The notes under the pieces are model-generated. The model worked only from the letters and a program-made list of their open reading frames with translations. It made no database searches and was not told where the DNA came from. Positions 55,576 through 63,859 of a DNA stretch of 64,000 nt are shown here, piece by piece (position 1 is the stretch's first letter; the number at the start of each line of letters is the position of its first letter). The translations under genes were made by a program, and so were the position numbers. The stretch is from a virus (lineage: Duplodnaviria; Caudoviricetes): the IMG/VR virus record IMGVR_UViG_3300047375_000738, one strand, 5' to 3'.

Positions 55576-55739
55576 TCAGCTAATTCTCCTTTTAAATTCG
55601 ATAATCTTTGGCTTAAAAAATTTATTGTAGTGTGTATATGACCAGTGTCATGTGGCTGCAATAAAGTTTTGTAATACTGTATTTCTTCTTCTAGTACATT
55701 TACACGCACTAGATCATTTACTAATGTTTGTTTGCTCAT
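55560..55739 (-). CDS. Small hypothetical protein (59 aa, not in ORF track)
   Basis: MSKQTLVNDL...PHDTGHIHTTI...EWPFD; fills the gap before thyX. Confidence 0.7.
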   Translation of the reverse strand: MSKQTLVNDLVRVNVLEEEIQYYKTLLQPHDTGHIHTTINFLSQRLSNLKGELAEWPFD

Positions 55740-55920
55740 CTAAAATCCTGCGCATTGTGTCACTTGCATACGTTTTAAAAAAACGTGGTCCGATACTGTG
55801 TACTATAACAGCTAGTACAACAACTTGTAATCTAAAAGCAATACCGAGAGCATGACGCATATGTTGCCAGCCTGTCATGTTTACTGACTTTAAATGTAAT
55901 TTACATTGTTTGCTTAACAT
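55714..55920 (-). CDS. Small hypothetical protein (DUF6356-like)
   Basis: HL..V.MT..QH...AL...H...P..F...AS pattern. Confidence 0.55.
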   Translation of the reverse strand: MLSKQCKLHLKSVNMTGWQHMRHALGIAFRLQVVVLAVIVHSIGPRFFKTYASDTMRRILDEQTNISK

Positions 55921-56261
55921 TAATCTCCCTTTCCTGGTGCTTCACTAAAGTGTTCTATTTTACCTTCAACGCCTTGCCATTCTTCAGCATCAGGAGGAAC
56001 ATCTTCAGGACGCATTTGTGTAATATTAGGCCAAATACTAGCATACTTATCGTTAAACTCTACCCACGATTCCATGCCCGGATCTGTATCTGCTCTGATA
56101 GCATCTGCTGGACATTCAGGTTCGCATACACCGCAATCGATACATTCATCTGGTTTAATAACTAACATGTTCTCACCTTCGTAAAAACAATCTACTGGAC
56201 AAACCTCTACACAGTCCATGTGTTTGCATTTAATACATGCATCATTTACAATATATGTCAT
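55920..56261 (-). CDS. fdxA: 7Fe ferredoxin (FdxA-type)
   Basis: [30 protein letters not shown]. Confidence 0.92.
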   Translation of the reverse strand: MTYIVNDACIKCKHMDCVEVCPVDCFYEGENMLVIKPDECIDCGVCEPECPADAIRADTDPGMESWVEFNDKYASIWPNITQMRPEDVPPDAEEWQGVEGKIEHFSEAPGKGD

Positions 56262-57231
56262 AGAATACCTTTTCTAAGTTTTTAATATGCAGCCTGTTGT
56301 GTTGTAACACTTCTTCCATTTCAACAAGTACTAGTTGTTTATCATTATACGACATACTTGCTATAAAGTCTAGAGTATTTTTTAATTTTCTTATGCGTTT
56401 TTTATCGTCTGGTTCTTGATCATAACTTTCGTCCCACCAAGCATCAAAAGTTTTAAAACCAAGTTGTTTCATTAGACGCAGTGTAAACGGAGGAGCTGCT
56501 AGAACAAAAGGTCTGTAGTTTGCCATTGAATCTAATGTTTTTTCACTAAAGTTAGCATATTGTTTATTATATAAAGTTTCTGTTACTACTGTACAAAAAC
56601 TATTTTTATATGCTGCTTCTAATAATTCTTGGTCAATCATAGGGTACTCTTGCCAAGCACCATATGTAACTAAACTTTCATCTTTATGATAACGTATTAG
56701 ATGTTTTGCAAGTAACCGTCGATGTATCTTATCAGCGTTGTTTGGGCAAAAGAAAGTTTTCCAAAAATTTCTATCAATATCTGGTAAAACTATCTGCGTA
56801 GATTCGTGCCAAAGATACGTGTCAATGTAGCTCATATAATCAAAGTATTTTTCAAGTCCTTTATTAGGAACAAAGAATTCAAAATCAATACCTAAACTGT
56901 GAGCAAATTCATATTCACTACAATAGTAATTATCAAGTCTACCCAAGTACTTTCGCATAAAGTCGATTTCATCCTTTGGCAAAACATGCACAGGTTCAAA
57001 ACTAAACCAGCTTACCTTGTCTGTACCTAGATGATCTAGTATATGTTTTACATCATGTTCTTCGTCGTCTGGCGGATCATTTATGTTATCAAACTGTACA
57101 ACCAAAGGCATAGTAACTATATCTCTAAGATACATTACAGCATCATGCCTATAGTCGTCAAAAGGTTTCATAGATTGTAGATTTTGATCAAGTACTAAGC
57201 ATTTTTTATTTTGATCAATTAAGTATATCAA
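56242..57231 (-). CDS. Putative glycosyltransferase-like protein (paralog family A)
   Basis: VVTETLY...FSEKT...RPF...WWDESYD. Confidence 0.55.
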   Translation of the reverse strand: MIYLIDQNKKCLVLDQNLQSMKPFDDYRHDAVMYLRDIVTMPLVVQFDNINDPPDDEEHDVKHILDHLGTDKVSWFSFEPVHVLPKDEIDFMRKYLGRLDNYYCSEYEFAHSLGIDFEFFVPNKGLEKYFDYMSYIDTYLWHESTQIVLPDIDRNFWKTFFCPNNADKIHRRLLAKHLIRYHKDESLVTYGAWQEYPMIDQELLEAAYKNSFCTVVTETLYNKQYANFSEKTLDSMANYRPFVLAAPPFTLRLMKQLGFKTFDAWWDESYDQEPDDKKRIRKLKNTLDFIASMSYNDKQLVLVEMEEVLQHNRLHIKNLEKVFYDIYCK

Positions 57232-58142
57232 AGTTGCCCAAGCCTGATAAGCGTTGCTGCTAGGTTAATTTCAGGGTCTACAACTAGTGTGTGATCTACT
57301 AAGCCTTGTTTGATAATAAGCACAGCTTTGTCCTGCTGATCTTCACTGCCAAACAATTCAATGTTGTCATATAGCCACCGATAGATCTCTTCCATTTCTT
57401 CAGCACGTACTGTACCGCATAATAGTTTACGTGCATCTGAAATCTTGCCTGCTTTAAACAGTTCTACCATTTCTAGTTTCCAATCAGCCGCACCACTATC
57501 GCCTTCATTGGGCTTTACTAGCACACCGTCTGTTGAATTCATTTGTACTGTGTTGATACACTTACGCAAGTCTGGATATGTGCCTTTAACATATGTGTCA
57601 AGTGTATCCAAGTCTGGAGTTACACCTTCTGTAATAAGAATCTCTGCAACTCTTGCTGTAAACTCTGTTTGGTCAATCTTAGCAATATGGAAGCCTTGGC
57701 ATCTGCTGTGAATAGCAGGAATAATTCTGTTAGGATAGTTACAAGTTAAAATAAATCTTGCTGTTGTATGATACTCCTCCATCACACCACGCAGTGCCGC
57801 TTGGGCGTTTGGGCTCAAATAATCAGCCTCATCAAGTAGCACAACCTTAAAGTCACCAAAAGGAATCATTTGTACAAACGCAACAATTTTGTCACGTACA
57901 TCATCTACGCTGTTTGTACGACTTGCATTAATTTCAAGAATGTCTAGTGGATTAGTATCAAGCTCATTAAAAAGCAACTTAGCAAGAGTAGTTTTGCCAA
58001 TTCCAGCATTGCCACTGAAGAGCAAATGAGGAATAGTTTTATCTTTAATCCATGTATTAACTTGATTACGTTGTGCTTCATCTCTAAATACATATCCTTC
58101 AACTGTTTTAGGCCGATACTTCTCTACCCATAAGTCTTTCAT
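57228..58142 (-). CDS. Clamp loader ATPase subunit (gp44/RFC-small-like)
   Basis: LWVEKYRP, GNAGIGKT, EINAS, LLDEAD, SRC. Confidence 0.92.
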   Translation of the reverse strand: MKDLWVEKYRPKTVEGYVFRDEAQRNQVNTWIKDKTIPHLLFSGNAGIGKTTLAKLLFNELDTNPLDILEINASRTNSVDDVRDKIVAFVQMIPFGDFKVVLLDEADYLSPNAQAALRGVMEEYHTTARFILTCNYPNRIIPAIHSRCQGFHIAKIDQTEFTARVAEILITEGVTPDLDTLDTYVKGTYPDLRKCINTVQMNSTDGVLVKPNEGDSGAADWKLEMVELFKAGKISDARKLLCGTVRAEEMEEIYRWLYDNIELFGSEDQQDKAVLIIKQGLVDHTLVVDPEINLAATLIRLGQL

Positions 58143-58345
58143 TTACTATCCTCTATAATTTGTTCTAGTCTTGCTAACCAAGTAGGCGAAATTTGTAATT
58201 GATCTAGTACTTCATCTAACTCAGCTAAACTATGCTTATTAAATTCAACACTATCTTCTGTAGCAGGAGCCCATGTTGCTTCAACCATGACATGATCTTC
58301 TGGTAATTGTTCTACTATATTAATAGCTTTTTCAAACTTTGTCAA
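58139..58345 (-). CDS. Small hypothetical protein; start uncertain
   Basis: The TTG start coincides with a -35 box. Confidence 0.5.
   Translation of the reverse strand: MTKFEKAINIVEQLPEDHVMVEATWAPATEDSVEFNKHSLAELDEVLDQLQISPTWLARLEQIIEDSK
58317..58345 (-). promoter_or_regulatory. Possible sigma70-type promoter TTGACA-N17-TAATAT
   Basis: About 170 nt upstream of the clamp loader gene. Confidence 0.6.
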
Positions 58346-58524
58346 CTATTTTTTCCTTCCTTTTCTTCTTTGGCTTTCTTGCGTCTTGTATAAAATCCGC
58401 CTTTGAATTCAATCTCTTCTGTTCTTGCGCCACTTTCCAAATACGTAACTTCGCCTCCGTTATCTAAATATTCTTGTATTAATTTTTTATCTTCGTCGGA
58501 TGTGTTACGTGATACCGGATTCAT
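58342..58524 (-). CDS. Small hypothetical protein
   Basis: 60 aa, ATGA coupling. Confidence 0.7.
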   Translation of the reverse strand: MNPVSRNTSDEDKKLIQEYLDNGGEVTYLESGARTEEIEFKGGFYTRRKKAKEEKEGKNS

Positions 58525-58664
58525 TTATTTACTTCCATTCCTTTGCGAGCAAATTCTTTTGCTCTTTTGTTAATTTCTCTTTCAGTGAGTTTGCCTTGTG
58601 CGTACAGTTTTAGCTTCCAATCTCGGACTAGCTTCTTACTGTCAGACTTTATCTTCTTCATCAT
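58521..58664 (-). CDS. Small basic hypothetical protein
   Basis: Start reassigned to MMKKIK. Confidence 0.55.
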   Translation of the reverse strand: MMKKIKSDSKKLVRDWKLKLYAQGKLTEREINKRAKEFARKGMEVNK

Positions 58665-58833
58665 TCCACTTAATTTTTTCAATAGTATATTGGTCAGCTC
58701 CCCAAAGGGCAGGTGATCCAAATTTTCTCATTGTTTTTTCAATAACAACTGTTTCGTCGGCAGCATACTCGTATCCTAAAAATATTTCATTTACAAAAAC
58801 TTGCCATGTACGTTCTCCTGCAAAATTATTCAA
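58642..58833 (-). CDS. Small hypothetical protein
   Basis: 63 aa, overlaps the upstream stop. Confidence 0.6.
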   Translation of the reverse strand: MNNFAGERTWQVFVNEIFLGYEYAADETVVIEKTMRKFGSPALWGADQYTIEKIKWNDEEDKV

Positions 58834-59104
58834 TTAGTGTACTCCATTTCTTTAGTTTATCTCGTTTATAATTACTACGAGTAGCCACATCGTGATGTGA
58901 TACAATTCCGTGATCAATCATAAGTTCAATCATGCATTGTACATCGCCAATTTCTTCAAGTAATTTTTCACGCTGCTCATCTGTAATTTCTTCTTTGTAC
59001 TTAAATTTGCGTACAATCTTTGAACAGCGTTGTGTAAGCTCTCCGCATTCTTCAGCAGTGATAATCATTAGTTGTTGAAGTGTGTTAATTGGACTATTTT
59101 GCAA
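58826..59104 (-). CDS. MazG-like all-alpha NTP pyrophosphohydrolase
   Basis: AEECGEL...EEIGDV. Confidence 0.8.
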   Translation of the reverse strand: MQNSPINTLQQLMIITAEECGELTQRCSKIVRKFKYKEEITDEQREKLLEEIGDVQCMIELMIDHGIVSHHDVATRSNYKRDKLKKWSTLIE

Positions 59105-59621
59105 TGCCTAATTCCTTGTATACCATTTGTACACCTTTGGCTTGGAAGTAAGAATCTGCTAGTGCGTTGTGCAAATCACTTTGCATTGCTTTACGTGGAT
59201 CTACTTTTGCTAATGCAAATAATGTACGTGAGTCACGTACTTGCCAAAATTGCCATGGAATATTTTTGTTACGTTGACGTAGCATATCTTCGAGTATTGT
59301 TATATCAAATCCATAGCCGTGGCCCCATAGCACATCAACATCGCTGATCCACTTAGGAAGACTATCTAAAAATATATCTGTATGAGTACGCCCTTCTGTG
59401 CCAAATGCTTCTTCTTGAACTTTTGCATCTTGTCTGCTCCACCAAGCAATAGTGTCATCATTTACACTACGATCTTGTGTATCTAAGTCTAATTTATAAT
59501 AAAACTCACTATGAGGCTCAGCTTCACTAAATGGATCAAACTTTACACCTCCTACTGTAAGCACAGTTGCCTGTGGTGTTACGTCTAATGTTTCTAAGTC
59601 GATCATTGCATGGATTGGCAT
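59094..59621 (-). CDS. DEDDh 3'-5' exonuclease (DexA/Rv2179c-like)
   Basis: MIDLET, GFDITIL, HNALADS. Confidence 0.85.
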   Translation of the reverse strand: MPIHAMIDLETLDVTPQATVLTVGGVKFDPFSEAEPHSEFYYKLDLDTQDRSVNDDTIAWWSRQDAKVQEEAFGTEGRTHTDIFLDSLPKWISDVDVLWGHGYGFDITILEDMLRQRNKNIPWQFWQVRDSRTLFALAKVDPRKAMQSDLHNALADSYFQAKGVQMVYKELGIAK

Positions 59622-59815
59622 TCAAACTTTTCCTCTACTGCTTTTATGTGTTTGCACTTCTTAAATGCTGGACAATCGCAACTAAAGCCGTTGTCTAACA
59701 TTTCTATATTATATACACCCTTGCTACCTTCAGCATTCCAAACTGTGCCTACTGCCCAGTGTTTCTTGGTATCAATTATATCACTTGGATAAATTCTAGG
59801 ACCATACTTGGACAT
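59603..59815 (-). CDS. SWIM Zn-finger protein
   Basis: CDCPAFKKCKH; own sigma70 promoter. Confidence 0.75.
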   Translation of the reverse strand: MSKYGPRIYPSDIIDTKKHWAVGTVWNAEGSKGVYNIEMLDNGFSCDCPAFKKCKHIKAVEEKFECQSMQ

Positions 59816-59838
59816 TGAGCACCTCTTTGTTACAGTTT

Positions 59839-59867
59839 AATATAACACAAAGAGTACTAGTTGTCAA
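59839..59867 (-). promoter_or_regulatory. sigma70-type promoter TTGACA-N17-TATATT
   Basis: Upstream of the SWIM gene. Confidence 0.85.
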
Positions 59868-60042
59868 CCATTTTTGCACGGAATCTTTCGTAAGCCCGCC
59901 AACCTTCCCAGGCAAACGCTAACATGATTCCTGTTGTAATACCGCCACCCATTAGGGTGACGATAATTAATACTTGAAATACTTTGGCAAATACAGCTAC
60001 AGCTAAAAAGTCATACCATTCAAAGTTTTCAAATATCTCCAT
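59857..60042 (-). CDS. Small membrane protein
   Basis: Start reassigned to MEIFENF; two hydrophobic segments. Confidence 0.6.
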   Translation of the reverse strand: MEIFENFEWYDFLAVAVFAKVFQVLIIVTLMGGGITTGIMLAFAWEGWRAYERFRAKMVDN

Positions 60043-60448
60043 CTTTTCGATTCTCTGAGTAATACGGGTCAAACGATCCACCGGGATAACGTTTTTCCAG
60101 TTTTTTAACATTCTCTGCAATAACATCATTAGGATCAATACCCAATGCACTGCAACTGTTCATCCAATACCACATAATGTCACCTAGCTCACGCATAGCA
60201 TGGTACTGTGTATCTTCGTCCATCGGTTTGCCTTGGAATACACACTTCTTAATGATTTCCATAAACTCGCCACCTTCTGCACAAATGCCAACAGCACCTG
60301 TCATAAGTTGCGCCATGTTCACTTTCATTTTGCTTTCAGTTGTTTCAATTTCAACTATGCGATTGTACATTTGCATACTTGATAGTGATTCGTCACTTGT
60401 CACTTCACGGACAAAATCTTTGTAACGGTTTAAGTCAACTTGGCTCAT
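60029..60448 (-). CDS. mazG: MazG-family pyrophosphatase (T4-like marine phage type)
   Basis: EGGEFMEIIKK, ELGDIMWY, NVKKLEKRYP. Confidence 0.88.
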   Translation of the reverse strand: MSQVDLNRYKDFVREVTSDESLSSMQMYNRIVEIETTESKMKVNMAQLMTGAVGICAEGGEFMEIIKKCVFQGKPMDEDTQYHAMRELGDIMWYWMNSCSALGIDPNDVIAENVKKLEKRYPGGSFDPYYSENRKDGDI

Positions 60449-60829
60449 TTATACTTCCTCTGCCATTTGTACGCCTTCGGGCTTTTCATTACTGTAAGCA
60501 AGAATACTTTCTGCTTCTACCATACGCAGAGTTTTTTCTCCAGCGCCTTCATCAATATCAATGCCACGAGTCCAGCGTCCGTGTTCTACTAACACCCAGT
60601 CACCGATCTCATAACTATCATCATTTTCTGGTCCTTTTGCATGAACCTGGCCCCAACGTGGATAGATACCACGTGAATCGCCATCATCACTAGTAAGAAT
60701 AAGTCCTGAAGCTGTCTTTTGTTCTCCAAAATGCATATTGCTTACAATAACTCGATTGCTAATAGGCCTTAGTGTGCCTTTAACTTTTGGCGTGACTTTA
60801 AAGCCACCACCCATTCCTTCTGTGCTCAT
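60449..60829 (-). CDS. groES: GroES-like co-chaperonin
   Basis: LRPISNRVIV, TASGLIL mobile loop, V.AKGP, IGDWVL. Confidence 0.8.
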   Translation of the reverse strand: MSTEGMGGGFKVTPKVKGTLRPISNRVIVSNMHFGEQKTASGLILTSDDGDSRGIYPRWGQVHAKGPENDDSYEIGDWVLVEHGRWTRGIDIDEGAGEKTLRMVEAESILAYSNEKPEGVQMAEEV

Positions 60830-61218
60830 TATTCACCTTTTCTAATAAAATTGCCGTCTTCGTCTTCGATCCAGTCGTCAAGTGGATCTGCTTTAGATTT
60901 AGCCTTGGGTTTTTCTACAGGCTTCTCTATAATTGGTTCTTCATCAAATGCTTCAAATTCTTCTTGTTCAGCTTGCGTCATTTTTGTATCTGAACTTAGA
61001 ACAGTTTCGTCACGCATACCGGGTTGTGCTTGATAGTAGTCCTTTAGCACATCTTCTCTTTTTCTAACAATTTTGCCACCTTTTCCTAGTTCGTCACCAC
61101 GGGCATTTACTTTATGGTTTCCAACTGCTGGTGTTAATTCGTTTCGACTAATCAACAGATCAAGATCAACTTGTTTGCCTCTTGCTGTTCTGTATACTTT
61201 ACGACCTTGATTTGCCAT
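60829..61218 (-). CDS. Hypothetical protein
   Basis: 129 aa, AGGAG SD, GATAAGTA at 61237-61244. Confidence 0.8.
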   Translation of the reverse strand: MANQGRKVYRTARGKQVDLDLLISRNELTPAVGNHKVNARGDELGKGGKIVRKREDVLKDYYQAQPGMRDETVLSSDTKMTQAEQEEFEAFDEEPIIEKPVEKPKAKSKADPLDDWIEDEDGNFIRKGE

Positions 61219-61235
61219 TGTGTCTCCTTATAAAA

Positions 61236-63125
61236 TTACTTATCATTTGCTTGAGCAGTACACCGCCAGTATCGGCTTTTCCTATCCCAATGATAAGCCT
61301 TTTGATACCACACTTGTGGATCAATATATTCTTTGTCGTAGTGATCAATTAAAAGTGTATCACTATTTATACCCAGCATATCATTTGCAACTTCTTTATT
61401 AGTTGTTTTTACATAAGGATATTGCTGTGTTTTGTCTCGTGTCATTGCAAGATTTAAACTTACTACTTCCTCGGCATGTTCGATATTATAATATTCTTTT
61501 AAAAACATTACCAGTTCTTTGCCATATTGTTCTTTGTTATCATGTAGTACACAAGCACTTGCGCCTTTGTATTCCCAATAGATATCGTCTTCTCCGTGTA
61601 CCTTACGGCCCCATAACTTTTGATTATAATATGTATCAATATGATGCTGTTCAGTAGCGTTGTATTCACTATACAACAAAGTATCAGGATTGTCAACTAT
61701 CCATTTGCGTAAATCTTCAAAAAAGTCTACTTCACGTATACCTTGTTTGCTTAGATACTTTGCTAGATAATGTCCAAAACCGTAATAATACATTAAGATG
61801 CTTACCCAGCTAAACATAAAGCCTTGTAATACTGTATTCCAATCTGCTGTGCGTGTACTAACTACTGCGCCAGTGTATTCAAAAATATACTTTTCCATAT
61901 CAGTATCACGTAGATAAAATGTGTCTAGAGGTATTTCCTTAACACCCATTCCATATGTATCTTGGTATTTGCTGTCGCCCATTGTAGCGTTATATGTTAT
62001 AACCAAAGGATGTATCATTAGATAACTATCTTGTCCTAAGTCAATAAGTTTTTGCACATTATTTTTTAGACTATCGTATGTTTCTTCTGGCATAGGCCAA
62101 ATAAGTTCACTGTAAGTAGGAATATCTTCTTCCCTATACTTTTCTAAATATTCCGCAACTTGTTCTTCGTTGATATTAAAGCGTTCGCTTGCAACTAGTG
62201 TTGTATCATTAAAACTTTGCATAGCAAACGTAACACCTTTAAAAATATTTACAGGTGCTTTTTTATTCATTAATGCAATATCAAAATTTCTATCTACATT
62301 GTTCTTTGCCCATGTAGCATCAAACCACATAGGATAGCCATACTTTTCTTTTGCGTCTAAGACAAGTTGTGTAAGTTCTACATCACGTTTTAGCAATCCC
62401 CAATTACTATCACAAACACTTACATACTCAATTTTGTTTTTGCCCATCCATTCAATTTCTTGTTTACAACGTTCCATATCAAACAATGTAAGTTTGTTCC
62501 AATAACTATCACCAATGTCGCAAAATGCACAGTGATAAGGGCATCCACGCAAACTTTCCCAAGTAACTTGCCACATAGTGTCTTTAGGATACTTTGCCAT
62601 AATTGGCTCATAGAATCCTTCTAGTATTGGACTTGGAATATCTGCTATGCTTTTTCTACGCATTGCCATCTTAGGCATGTGTGTACGTGTTTGTGTGTGT
62701 ACAATGTCGTCATACTCACCAATTGGTCTAGCAAGTATCTCTTTCATAGCATTTTCGCCTTCGCCGTGTACTGCTACATCAAAGTATGGATATTTGTCAA
62801 AAAACTCTTTGTCACGCTTGTCAATTTGCGGACCACCTGTTACAATTACACAATTAGGGTACACACGTTTTACTTCAGTTGCTAGTTGTTTATTGTATTC
62901 CCAGTTCCAAATATAGCTGCTCATTACAACCATTTTTGGTTCTACCATTTCTGCAACATATTCACTTGGCACTGGCTTTTCAATTAATGTGTCTACTAGA
63001 TTCCAATTGTCGTTTTTTCCATAGCACCACTGGTATGCTATCGCCAAAGGCAAAAATTTATTAGGCCCGTATGCATCACTTGCTTGTATTAGGTATATAT
63101 TATTCAACGTAAAAATTCTCGCCAA
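61236..63125 (-). CDS. Cobalamin-binding radical SAM enzyme (class B-like)
   Basis: B12 domain (P.AIAY, SSYIWN, VTGGPQ, VHGEGE); RGCPYHCAFC; ELIWPMP.ET. Confidence 0.88.
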   Translation of the reverse strand: MARIFTLNNIYLIQASDAYGPNKFLPLAIAYQWCYGKNDNWNLVDTLIEKPVPSEYVAEMVEPKMVVMSSYIWNWEYNKQLATEVKRVYPNCVIVTGGPQIDKRDKEFFDKYPYFDVAVHGEGENAMKEILARPIGEYDDIVHTQTRTHMPKMAMRRKSIADIPSPILEGFYEPIMAKYPKDTMWQVTWESLRGCPYHCAFCDIGDSYWNKLTLFDMERCKQEIEWMGKNKIEYVSVCDSNWGLLKRDVELTQLVLDAKEKYGYPMWFDATWAKNNVDRNFDIALMNKKAPVNIFKGVTFAMQSFNDTTLVASERFNINEEQVAEYLEKYREEDIPTYSELIWPMPEETYDSLKNNVQKLIDLGQDSYLMIHPLVITYNATMGDSKYQDTYGMGVKEIPLDTFYLRDTDMEKYIFEYTGAVVSTRTADWNTVLQGFMFSWVSILMYYYGFGHYLAKYLSKQGIREVDFFEDLRKWIVDNPDTLLYSEYNATEQHHIDTYYNQKLWGRKVHGEDDIYWEYKGASACVLHDNKEQYGKELVMFLKEYYNIEHAEEVVSLNLAMTRDKTQQYPYVKTTNKEVANDMLGINSDTLLIDHYDKEYIDPQVWYQKAYHWDRKSRYWRCTAQANDK

Positions 63126-63625
63126 TCTAATTCATATTTAATACTATTAATTTTATGTACGCCTATTAGGTATAGCACATAACTTGCTACACTCGATCCT
63201 CTACCTACACCCCATACAATGTCGTTCTCACGCATAAAGTCTACAAGATAGACCATATAGCGTAATAATGGTAACATACCTCTTTTGTTAAACTCTGCAT
63301 ATTCTTCAAAATAACGTGTAAGTTCTTCTTGTGTTGTGCATTTATTTTGCAAGTATGCTGCAATGTCCATGTTCTTGTATTGCTCAGGCATAAACCATTC
63401 ACTTTGACATACACCGTCAAAAGTCTTTTCGTCTACATCTAATGGAATATACTTTTGTAGTTTGTCTAGACCTTGTTCTTCCATTGCAGCATTAAATTTA
63501 TCAACATCATCATTAGAGTCACACAGAACTACGTGGCACTTGTCTACATTGCCACTGTAAATCATATCTACTAAGTCTTTATTAGAGAATCGTGGGATAC
63601 CGAGTTCGTCTGTTTTCATAAGCAT
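63104..63625 (-). CDS. Stand-alone fragment of DNA polymerase III alpha (DnaE)
   Basis: W.MP..Y, R..EE, Y.VD..R...IVWGVGRGSSVASYVLYLIGVH.I..IKY.L.W.EF. Confidence 0.75.
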   Translation of the reverse strand: MLMKTDELGIPRFSNKDLVDMIYSGNVDKCHVVLCDSNDDVDKFNAAMEEQGLDKLQKYIPLDVDEKTFDGVCQSEWFMPEQYKNMDIAAYLQNKCTTQEELTRYFEEYAEFNKRGMLPLLRYMVYLVDFMRENDIVWGVGRGSSVASYVLYLIGVHKINSIKYELDWREFLR

Positions 63626-63631
63626 ACATGT

Positions 63632-63660
63632 ATTTTAACTTACATTTATTAATTTGTCAA
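63632..63660 (-). promoter_or_regulatory. sigma70-type promoter TTGACA-N17-TAAAAT, leaderless
   Basis: ATG 63625 lies 6 nt after the -10 box. Confidence 0.8.
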
Positions 63661-63859
63661 GATCTGTTTTAGGTTCTTCTGCACTTTTTTGCTGACCTAA
63701 TCTTCTTTCTTCAAGCTCGAGCTTGTACGTATCCATTAATAAAATCATTTGCTGACGAACGTCTTCGTTGTCGGTCATAAAATACATTCCGTTAAGTTTG
63801 TATAGTTTCTTTTCAAGTTCTTGTACAGATAAAGTTTTAACTTCGGCTTGCGGATGCAT
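63635..63859 (-). CDS. Hypothetical protein
   Basis: TGATG overlap with the upstream gene. Confidence 0.7.
   Translation of the reverse strand: MHPQAEVKTLSVQELEKKLYKLNGMYFMTDNEDVRQQMILLMDTYKLELEERRLGQQKSAEEPKTDLDKLINVS

Noticed and set aside
379-63064. Many plus-strand ORFs of 60-260 aa in the track (e.g. 46995-47768, 33514-34098, 6020-6457)
   Set aside because: Antisense shadows of well-supported minus-strand genes; no motifs or SD
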